From an uncultured Acidobacteriota bacterium (GTDB lineage: Bacteria; Acidobacteriota; Terriglobia; UBA7540): 64,000 bases of DNA. The stretch lies in assembly GCA_963804995.1 (NCBI GenBank), contig CAWDSK010000003.1, forward strand, positions 224,001 through 288,000. The letters run 5' to 3'. Under the pieces are notes generated by a model. The model saw only the letters and a program-made list of their open reading frames with translations, was not told where the DNA came from and searched no databases. The translations under genes and the position numbers were made by a program. Shown in pieces: positions 30,712 through 39,116 of the stretch (within the stretch, counting starts at the first letter, position 1; the number at the start of each line of letters is the position of its first letter).

Positions 30712-32136
30712 TCAGACGCCCACGTCGGCGCCGGCGTGAGCGACCTTTTCCCAACCGCGTTTGCCAAACAGAAACTTGAGGGCGCCTTGAAAGCGGTAAT
30801 ACAGAATCAATTGACGGTATCCGATGTTTTCGAACAAGGCGAATGCCAACAACGTCAGCAGGTCACGAAACCGCGGGTAACGGTGATAGGTAAGTTCTTC
30901 CAGAAGCACCGCCCCCACCGAGAGAAAGCCCCCGTAGATTAAACCCAGCAAAACAAATAGAACCAGAATGACGGGAGGAACAATGCCCAGAACAAATCCC
31001 AAGGGCACCAGAAGGTAACCGAGGAATTCCACCACCGATCCCAGTCCCTCAACGTAAGCGTGGAAAGGGTAGCTGAGCAGGCCAACGATTCCATATTTCC
31101 CCTTGAAGAGAATTTCGGCATGTTTCCAGAGGGTCTGGCAAAGGCCCAATTGCCAGCGGCGGCGCTGGTGCGCCAACATGCGGAAGGAAGAAGGGCACTC
31201 CGTCCAGCAAACAGGATCGGAGGTAAAAGACATACGGATATGGCGATTATTCTCCGCCCCCCATTGATGGAGCTGGACAACCAAATCCATGTCTTCGGTC
31301 ACCGTATCGTGACTGTAGCCACCCGCTTCCTCCACGGTGGCGTGATGGAAGACTGCAAACGCTCCGGACACGATCAGGGTCCCACCCAGGAGATGCCAAC
31401 CCGTCCGGCCGAAAAGAAAGCTGCGGAGGTATTCCACCACCTGAAATCGCTCCAGGATGCTGGGGGGCAGGCCCACCTTTACGACTCGGCCGTCTTGGGA
31501 TTCGCACCCGTTCAGGATACGCACGATGCCCCCGCTCACGACCGTTTCCTGGGTGGAATTGACGATCGGGTCCATGAGCCGGAGCAAGGCATCACCCTCG
31601 AGCAGGCAGTCGGCGTCCAGGTTGCAGAAGTAGGGTGTACGGCAGAGGTTAATCCCGGTGTTGAGGGCGTCAGGTTTGCCGCCGCGAATCTTGCTGACCA
31701 CGCGGAGGTTGGGGATATCGGGATTCATGTAAATGGCGCGAATAGGCGCGGTGGGTAAAACAGGATGGTAGGTCCAGTCCGTCTCCAGAAGCCCGAAACT
31801 CTCGACCAACCGCGCGAGGGTCGAGTCGGTTGAGCCATCGTCCACGACAATGACATTGAACCGCGGGTAGTCCACCTTAAGGGCGGAGCGAACCGAATTC
31901 GCAATCACCCCTTCCTCATTCCAGGCAGGAATAATGATGGTAACGGGAGGAGCCAGAGGAGACTCGCGCAAGGCATCCAGCCCCTGATAAGCCAGCCGGC
32001 GCGTGTGAATCAAGGTTGCGCGCAGCGAGAGCAGCATGAGGAGGGTGTAGATCCCGTTTCCCAGGAAGAAGTATGAAAGGATTACCACGTTGGAGAATAG
32101 AACGACGTGGTCAAGGAATATGCGCAAGGTGATCAT
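30712..32136 (-). CDS. Processive GT2 glycosyltransferase (PgaC/IcaA-like)
   Basis: DDGSTD, GGKPDALN, DAD, TED, QRRRW, plus TM helices. Confidence 0.88.
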   Translation of the reverse strand: MITLRIFLDHVVLFSNVVILSYFFLGNGIYTLLMLLSLRATLIHTRRLAYQGLDALRESPLAPPVTIIIPAWNEEGVIANSVRSALKVDYPRFNVIVVDDGSTDSTLARLVESFGLLETDWTYHPVLPTAPIRAIYMNPDIPNLRVVSKIRGGKPDALNTGINLCRTPYFCNLDADCLLEGDALLRLMDPIVNSTQETVVSGGIVRILNGCESQDGRVVKVGLPPSILERFQVVEYLRSFLFGRTGWHLLGGTLIVSGAFAVFHHATVEEAGGYSHDTVTEDMDLVVQLHQWGAENNRHIRMSFTSDPVCWTECPSSFRMLAHQRRRWQLGLCQTLWKHAEILFKGKYGIVGLLSYPFHAYVEGLGSVVEFLGYLLVPLGFVLGIVPPVILVLFVLLGLIYGGFLSVGAVLLEELTYHRYPRFRDLLTLLAFALFENIGYRQLILYYRFQGALKFLFGKRGWEKVAHAGADVGV

Positions 32137-32151
32137 GGCCGTGGATTTCCT

Positions 32152-33618
32152 TTACGCCGCCAGGGCGGGTGGAACATTCGAATTCTTCTGTAGCTCGCGT
32201 AGGGCGTCCACCTCCGTAGGCGCACCCTTCACGAGCCGCACTTTGAGGCACGAATCGAGGTGGAAACGTTCTGTAAACTTGCGGGAGATGGGGGGGGCGG
32301 CTTTCCGCAGACCTTCGAGAATCCCCACGGGCGCAGCTCCGCTGGCGAATTGCTCGACCACCAGGGCCTCCAGGCCGGAAGCGCCACGGCCGTAGGCTTC
32401 GATGAGAGAGAGCATCAAACCCTTGCGCTCGATCACTTCCACGATTTGCTGCCGTATGGCTTGGTCGTCGCAAGTCAGGAAAGACTCATAGAGTTGTTGT
32501 TTTCCACTGGGACCAAGCGCAATCAACGTTTGGATTGCGGCCTCGCGGACCCGCCAGTAGGGGTCGTGCAAACAATCCCGAACCGCTGCGAGTAAGAGCG
32601 GGGTGGAATGACGTTGGCGAGCCAGCGCCCTCACTGTGTGATGCCGCACGTGCCACAGGGAATCAAAGCACAATCCGTAAAGAACCGTCCCCGCACGAGG
32701 GTCGGCAAGATAAGCGATAACCTCCGCTGCCCGAGCCCGCACTACTCCCACCGCATCCTGATAAAGATCGGTCAGCAATAGATAGGCGATTTCCGGTGAG
32801 AGAGTCTCTGCCGTAAGCAGGAACTCAGGATCACGGGCGGCTTCGCGCCGGACAAAGAGCCGGAGCAAATCCATCGCCAAGGAGCGGATTCGCGGGTGGG
32901 AGTGGCGCAGTGCCGGTAGGAGATCCGGGCTGAACGTCAGGTCGAAATTTGCCAGGGCGGCTTCCAGAGGTCGTAGCGGGGGCTTTGCGGTTAGTCCCAG
33001 CACCACCGACTGAAGCCGTTCCAGAAGCACACGGAAACTCCCGGGCGCGCGGATGGCGGCCAGGGCACGTAGGGCTACAGTCTGTATATCGGAGTGCGGG
33101 TCGTCCAAGGCCTTCACCAGCAGCGGCCAGCTCGGATGATGCCGCAGGATTCCCAGGTTCCGGATGCTTTTGGCGCGTTGCAGCAGGTGGTGCGTGGTTA
33201 CGGAGGGGGCCAACATCGAAACACGACGCAGCAGGGCCCGCCCGCGCGGCAGATCATCACCCGCCGTAAGCCGCTGCTGCCAAAGCTCGACCAGCCCCAA
33301 CTCTGTGCAGATGGCCAATAGGAAACCGAAGTGATGATCCGTAATTTTCTGCTTGGCGAGCAGCGGCTCAACCAGCAACTCCAGGTCGGACAGCGGCAAT
33401 TTCCTCAAGGCGGCGATCCCGTCGACCGGGCGCGTTCCTGAAAGCAACTGGTCCAGCATGGGGCGGTACTGGGTTTGGAGGGCGTGAAGATAGCGGGAGT
33501 AATGGATCTGTTGCCAACGGCGGAAAATCGCCACTGTAACCAACACTAAGGTCCCCATCAGAACAGAGACCAGAATCATGAATGCGGATGCAGTAAAAGG
33601 ATCGGCGATCCTGAACAT
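32152..33618 (-). CDS. Membrane-anchored HEAT repeat protein
   Basis: N-terminal TM helix; repeated L.D....VR..A..AL motifs. Confidence 0.8.
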   Translation of the reverse strand: MFRIADPFTASAFMILVSVLMGTLVLVTVAIFRRWQQIHYSRYLHALQTQYRPMLDQLLSGTRPVDGIAALRKLPLSDLELLVEPLLAKQKITDHHFGFLLAICTELGLVELWQQRLTAGDDLPRGRALLRRVSMLAPSVTTHHLLQRAKSIRNLGILRHHPSWPLLVKALDDPHSDIQTVALRALAAIRAPGSFRVLLERLQSVVLGLTAKPPLRPLEAALANFDLTFSPDLLPALRHSHPRIRSLAMDLLRLFVRREAARDPEFLLTAETLSPEIAYLLLTDLYQDAVGVVRARAAEVIAYLADPRAGTVLYGLCFDSLWHVRHHTVRALARQRHSTPLLLAAVRDCLHDPYWRVREAAIQTLIALGPSGKQQLYESFLTCDDQAIRQQIVEVIERKGLMLSLIEAYGRGASGLEALVVEQFASGAAPVGILEGLRKAAPPISRKFTERFHLDSCLKVRLVKGAPTEVDALRELQKNSNVPPALAA

Positions 33619-33988
33619 GGTCGTCTCGTTTCTCCAATGGTGAGTAATCGCGTGGCGAGCAATCCTGTGGGTGACAGGATAATTGAGGGAGTCGAGTGCC
33701 GGCGCACACGGAACTCATCGCAGTAGTAGGGAACCTAGGAGTACCCACCCGAGGTGGGTTGCGAGGAAGAGCGGAGTATAATGTTGGTGACGAGCATAGT
33801 GCAACATTTATTTTCTAATAAACGTCACATTATGCCTCCACTTGCGGTCGAATTGCCCGCATACGAAAACATTTTGACAATTGTATGACAGAGGTCAGGA
33901 TTGGCGTGCTAATTCCGCATCCCGTAGGGTCATTGATCCCGATTTCCAGGGCTTTTATGCAATAGATAAGTGGAGTGCCAGCTACTTA

Positions 33989-35635
33989 CTAGTTGGTGCT
34001 GAGCCCGGACTTTTCCCACCCTGCCAAGCCATCCTGATAAACCTTAACTTGGTTGTAGGGAATCCCCTGCTCCAGCAGGATACGGCCCGCGGCGCGGCTC
34101 GCAGCGCAGATGTCTCCTGACGATCGGCCGCTTTCGTAGAGAATAATAGTGCGATCTTTCGGCAAGGACTTACCGCGCTGCACCATGTCGTCTACAGGAA
34201 CATTGAGCGCTCCTGGTATTTTCCCTGCGGCATAGTCCTTGGCGGGCCGCACGTCCACGAACAGGGGTTTGGGATTGCCGTCCAGAAGCTGGCGCAGTTC
34301 GTCGCTGCTAATCAAGGTAGGCTGCTTTTTGGCGGCCTCAGCCTCACTGCAGGCGCCGCTACTGCTCTGCAGGCCCGTGAAGAATCCGCCCGGCTGCGTC
34401 CCGAACAAGCCTGTCGATGCCACTGGGCCTTGGTCGCCGGCTTTGCGGGGCGTTGGCTTTTCAGCTATCGCCGTCTGTGTCGAGGCAGTCTTCCTTTCCG
34501 ATTGCGTCGGGGTCGTGGGTGGCTGAACGCTCGAGGCGGCGCCATTTCGCTGGCTGGCAAGTTCCTCGTCGATGAGCTGCGACAGTTCGGCGAGCGAGGG
34601 AACGTCCTCAATCCGCTTCTGCCCTACGAAGAACGTGGGAGTGCCAGTGACCCCCAGGGCCTTGCCGTCCACCAGGTCTTGCCGCACCCGTGCCGCTGTC
34701 GATCCACTTATCAGGCACTGGGTGAATTTGGCCTGGTCAAGACCAGCCGCGGCAGCGTCACGCTTCAAGCCTTCGTCGCTCAGGTCAGATTGCTGGGAAT
34801 AAATCATGTCCACCATTTCCCAGAACTTTCCCTGGTCGGCTGCGCATTCGGAAGCCTCTGCGGCCCGCTCCGCCGGAGGATGGATGTGGATCAAAGGGAA
34901 TTGCCTGAACACAAAGCGAGTCTGGCTCGCATACTTGAGGCGAATTTCCCGGGCGACCGCTTCTTCCCGTCCGCAGGCGGGGCATTCAAAGTCTCCAAAC
35001 TCGACTACGGTCACCGGGGACTGGGGATTGCCCGCAATGTGATTCTGCGGCTGGACTAATCGAGTGGCCAGCGCCTCCGTCGGTGCCGGGGGAGCAGGGT
35101 GAGTCGATTTCCCATGCTGAGCAAGCACGTAGAACGCAGGAACCCCGAGGAGAAAGGCCACTAGACCCACTGCCAGGTTGCCGCGTGCCTCGACGAGACG
35201 CGCCTCCGGCGTGGGTTCCGGGGCGGCGTGCAACAGGTTATAAACGGCCAGACCGAACAGCGCGGTCATTACCAGGCCCGACATTACGCACCAAGCGCAA
35301 AAAGCATGGATCACAAAACCTTGCAGGTATTCGAGGTATAAGGAAAAGAGGAATCCCACTCCGGTCAGGCCCGCCAGAGAGTACCGAATGCTCCTGGCCA
35401 GCGAGGCGGTGACCAGCGGCTCCGCGAAGATCAGAATAACCAATGTCAGGTAGCCGGCCACCCCGAACACCGGCATGGGCACGCCCCTCAGGCTGGAGTA
35501 AGCGCTGAGGCGGACCGCGTCACACCCCGTACCCAGACAGAGCATGGGGCGAGAGGGTGAGGTGTAGATCCAGAGCAGGTAAAGCGAATCGAATAACCCC
35601 AGTAAGGCGAGACCCAACGAGATTGGTTTTCGCAT
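33989..35635 (-). CDS. VKOR - DsbA/thioredoxin - rhodanese-like fusion
   Basis: VKOR C..TGC..V..S.YS and CAWC; DsbA EFGDFECPAC and GTPTFF; rhodanese VDVR...Y..GKIPGA.NVP. Confidence 0.85.
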   Translation of the reverse strand: MRKPISLGLALLGLFDSLYLLWIYTSPSRPMLCLGTGCDAVRLSAYSSLRGVPMPVFGVAGYLTLVILIFAEPLVTASLARSIRYSLAGLTGVGFLFSLYLEYLQGFVIHAFCAWCVMSGLVMTALFGLAVYNLLHAAPEPTPEARLVEARGNLAVGLVAFLLGVPAFYVLAQHGKSTHPAPPAPTEALATRLVQPQNHIAGNPQSPVTVVEFGDFECPACGREEAVAREIRLKYASQTRFVFRQFPLIHIHPPAERAAEASECAADQGKFWEMVDMIYSQQSDLSDEGLKRDAAAAGLDQAKFTQCLISGSTAARVRQDLVDGKALGVTGTPTFFVGQKRIEDVPSLAELSQLIDEELASQRNGAASSVQPPTTPTQSERKTASTQTAIAEKPTPRKAGDQGPVASTGLFGTQPGGFFTGLQSSSGACSEAEAAKKQPTLISSDELRQLLDGNPKPLFVDVRPAKDYAAGKIPGALNVPVDDMVQRGKSLPKDRTIILYESGRSSGDICAASRAAGRILLEQGIPYNQVKVYQDGLAGWEKSGLSTN

Positions 35636-35883
35636 GGTTCTTTATTCTACAACTATTTGAGAAGCGCCCGCACGGTGGCGGGTTGCATCTTAGGTGGTGG
35701 AAACTCCGAGACCCACCTCGGGAGAGTCGCGATCCCCAATGCCTGCTTCGAAGAATTCGCGGGTCTGGAAACTAAAAAGGCTCGCCACGAGGTTGGAAGG
35801 AAACTGCGCGATCCGGACATTTGTCTTCAAACCTCTGCGTCTCCGCGTCTCGGCGGTGAGAAATCCCGGCTTACGCAAAGGCC

Positions 35884-36366
35884 CTACGCGCCGCCGGTCT
35901 CCGGTGTTTCCTCGATCGAATCTCCCACGCGGATGACACCTTCCTTAACGACTTCCGTGCGCAGGCCGGCCCGGTGCATCAAGGCCGAACTCACACCCGG
36001 TTGGGTCGCCGCCTCCAGGTGCTTACAGGGTTCGCAGAGGCGCATGCCCCGGAGCACCGCTTGGCCAATGCGGAACTCGCGTCCCACCAGGTGATTCAGC
36101 GGCACGCCACGCGTGACCACGTTGCGGCGGGAGGCGCCGGGAGCAAGTTCGATGCCCGACTCGACCTTTATGGCTTCCAGGGCCTCGCTCTCAATCAGGG
36201 TGACGTGCCGGCCGTTGCGGGGGTCGGGAGACCAGGTGCCGCAGCCACGGAAGTACCGGTCACCCTCCAGCCCCTTCCCCAAAACGGCGCGGACTTCCTC
36301 GACCGGCTGCATCGGCTCCTTCGCCGACGGCGCAATGTAAATGGAGAGCACAGTTCCTGTCCTCAT
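35884..36366 (-). CDS. MOSC domain protein
   Basis: GLEGDRY, RRNVVTRG, CEPC, G.IRVGD. Confidence 0.88.
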   Translation of the reverse strand: MRTGTVLSIYIAPSAKEPMQPVEEVRAVLGKGLEGDRYFRGCGTWSPDPRNGRHVTLIESEALEAIKVESGIELAPGASRRNVVTRGVPLNHLVGREFRIGQAVLRGMRLCEPCKHLEAATQPGVSSALMHRAGLRTEVVKEGVIRVGDSIEETPETGGA

Positions 36367-36399
36367 AAGGCAGACTCCTCACCGTAGGTATTTCCTATC

Positions 36400-36608
36400 T
36401 AGTGTGGTGTCCCGAGTTAGATTTGACAATGGGTAGAACCCCCTCACCCGTCTGGCCTCGGCTGATGAGAACGCCTCGGCCAGCCACCCTCTCCCCCAAA
36501 GGGGCGAGGGCAAGAAAATTAACTCTCCCCTCGCCCCTTTGGGGGAGAGGGGCTGGGGGGTGAGGGGGTCGGACTGCCTTGTCAAATGTTTACCGGGACA
36601 TCACACTA
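36400..36608. repeat. Miniature inverted-repeat cassette with inner CCCTCTCCC-family palindromes
   Basis: 30-bp imperfect TIR TAGTGTGGTGTCCCGAGTTAGATTTGACAA / TTGTCAAATGTTTACCGGGACATCACACTA. Confidence 0.8.
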
Positions 36609-37581
36609 CGCCTCAAACAACGACTCCACAAAATCCCGCGGGTTAAAGGGCAACAGATCGTCCATTTTTTCGCCGATGCCCACAAACTGAATGGGCAAGC
36701 CGAGTTCGCGCGCGATGGCAATCACCACGCCTCCCTTGGCCGTGCCGTCGAGCTTGGTCAGAATGATTCCCGTGGCGCCGCCGTGCTCGACAAACTGCCG
36801 CGCCTGCGCCAAGCCATTCTGGCCAGTGGTCGCATCGATGACCAGCAAAACTTCGTGGGGCGCGTTGGGAATTTCGCGCGCGGCAATGCGGCACATCTTC
36901 TTCGAGCTCCGACATCAAGTTGAATTTGGTGTGCAGCCGCCCTGCCGTGTCAACGATCACCAGATCAATATGGCGGCTCTTGGCGGCAGCCAGCGCGTCA
37001 TAGAGCACCGCTGCGGGATCGGCGCCGGACTTCTGCTTGATCATTTCGATGCCCAGCCGCCCCGCCCAGATCTCAAGCTGTTCATTAGCCGCGGCGCGGA
37101 AGGTGTCAGCAGCGCAGAGCAGTGGCCGCCGACCCTGCTGAAGATAAAAATTCGCCAGCTTGGCAATGCTAGTGGTTTTTCCCACGCCGTTCACGCCTAC
37201 CACAAAGATGACCGCCGGCATGCCCTCCGGAGGCTGCTTGGGTTTGGGGGCAACGCCTTGCCCTGAGCCAGGGCTTTCAAGAATCGCCAGGATGACCTCT
37301 TCGACCGCCGGGCGCAGTTGGCGAGTTTCCGTCAGCCTGCGCTGGCTAACCTGTTGTTTCAGGCGGCTCAGGATTTCCTGCGTCGTCTTCATACCCAAAT
37401 CGGCAACGATGAGAGTAGCTTCCAGGTCATTGAGGACCGATTCGTCCAGCACCACCTTGCTCTCAACAATCTCCTCGATGCGCTCCACAAGCTGGGCTTT
37501 CGTCGAGGCCACGGCCTGCTTCAGCCGCTCGAAGATGCCCGGCTTCTTCTCCTTCTCGTCGGAACCGAACAGGGAAACCAT
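36606..37581 (-). CDS. ftsY: Signal recognition particle receptor FtsY, frameshift at ~36900
   Basis: [16 protein letters not shown] and DTAGRLH in ORF 36643..37581; [18 protein letters not shown] and GIGEKMDDL in ORF 36606..36896. Confidence 0.93.
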
Positions 37582-37663
37582 ACCCGCCCATTCTAGCTTG
37601 AACTCGCAAAACCTGGGGGATGAAATCCTGCGCGCGGGTAATGGGTCAGTTTGGACTGCGGTG

Positions 37664-37762
37664 TACAGAGCGCCATAAGTGTTTGCGCATTCGGCTGTAG
37701 CGGCGCTCTATGAGCGCCGACCGGCGGTCATAGACCGCCGGTACAATTTATGGCGCTGTGTA
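37664..37762. repeat. TA-bounded inverted-repeat cassette with an inner GTAG REP pair
   Basis: TACAGAGCGCCATAAGT / ATTTATGGCGCTGTGTA around GTAGCGGCGCTCTATGAGCGCCG...CCGCCGGTAC. Confidence 0.7.
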
Positions 37763-38095
37763 TAGCAGCAGCTACCGCCTCCCGCCTTGGGTTCATACGG
37801 CCAATGCGCAACTTGCGGAGGAAGAAAAGCGGTAGCTGCTGCTACCGCAGTGTCTTGGGCGCACCAACATTCAGGAGAGCGGGCCGCGGAGCCGTGTCTC
37901 AGACTCCCGCCACCCGGATGGAGATTTCTGAGAGAGTAAACCCCTTTACCAAGCAGTCCCCCCCCCATCGTGGCCTCGTATTTTCTTTGTCAGCAGTGTT
38001 ACAATAAAATTACCGAAACGTTTGGGCTACGGTACGATCAAAAAAAGCAACGCCCTGAGAACCTCTCCGTGCAGGGCGCCTTGTGGGGGGGAAAT

Positions 38096-38959
38096 ATGGA
38101 GCGAAGCCACCTCATTTCCGGCACACCCAAGACTGTGCTTCCCATCCGTGTCCGAGGTGTTTCGACTGCCAACCGCTTCTTCGATGAGCAAGCCGAAACG
38201 AGTCGTGTGACCCAGGAATTCATCGTGGCTCGCATCCACAACCTCGTTGACCTGGATGTCGAAATCCACATCACGAACCTGAAGAACGAGCTCGCGGGAA
38301 ATTTTCGAGTGGTCTGGATAAACACCCGGGGCGAGAATGGCGCCTATCCCGTCGGACTGGAATTGCTCGAGTCGGACGGTGAGATTTGGGGAGCGGATGC
38401 AACGCCGGAAAGCCAGGGGGCCGACAGTGCTTCGACACCCATTGAACTGGAATGCAAAAGGTGCCATGAAAGGGCTTTTACTCCCCTCCCCGAGGCGGAA
38501 AACGAGGCAGTGGGTGATGGCTTCATGGTCGCGCGCCCTTGCGACACTTGCAAATCCACAACCTATTGGCTTGTCGTTGTGGAAGCGCCCACGTCCGCGG
38601 AGCCGGCCACGGCATCGTCTTCCGCTTCCGCCGAGGAGATGCCATGGTCACCCGATGATAAACGGGCCAAGGGGCGGGCTCCGATCAAAATGTTGATTCA
38701 AGTAATCCGCCAGAAGTACGAGGCCAGAATAACGGACCTGAGTGAGACCCTCAACGTTTCTCGCACTGGGGTGTACTTCCTTTCGCATAAGGAATACGAA
38801 GTCGGAGAGTGGGTGGAAATCATCGTACCCTACCACCCTGACAGTGTCGCCATCCCGGTGCCCGCCCGAGTGGTCCGCAAAGACCACCGCAACGATACCT
38901 ACAAGAAAGGGATCGCCCTGCAACTGACGGCCGCCAGCCAAATCTCGGCCTCCCCTTGA
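38096..38959 (+). CDS. PilZ-domain protein with a CxxC..CxxC linker
   Basis: C-terminal RAKGR and NVSRTG motifs; CKRC/CDTC; degenerate PilZ-like N-terminal half. Confidence 0.8.
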   Translation: MERSHLISGTPKTVLPIRVRGVSTANRFFDEQAETSRVTQEFIVARIHNLVDLDVEIHITNLKNELAGNFRVVWINTRGENGAYPVGLELLESDGEIWGADATPESQGADSASTPIELECKRCHERAFTPLPEAENEAVGDGFMVARPCDTCKSTTYWLVVVEAPTSAEPATASSSASAEEMPWSPDDKRAKGRAPIKMLIQVIRQKYEARITDLSETLNVSRTGVYFLSHKEYEVGEWVEIIVPYHPDSVAIPVPARVVRKDHRNDTYKKGIALQLTAASQISASP

Positions 38960-39116
38960 ACGATTTTAAGAGTGGTCCGCCTTGTGAATCCCGGCAGGTC
39001 TCCGTGCGGATTGGCCTTTGCCGCGATGCCTGCCTTCTCACCGCGGAGGTCCAGAGACAGAGAGAAAAGACGCTAGGTTCCTAAGTCCTTTTTGCGGCGA
39101 CTCTTCTCGACATTTG

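Noticed and set aside
36606..37581. ftsY pseudogene or programmed frameshift
   Set aside because: One of many single-base indels; a sequencing error is more parsimonious.
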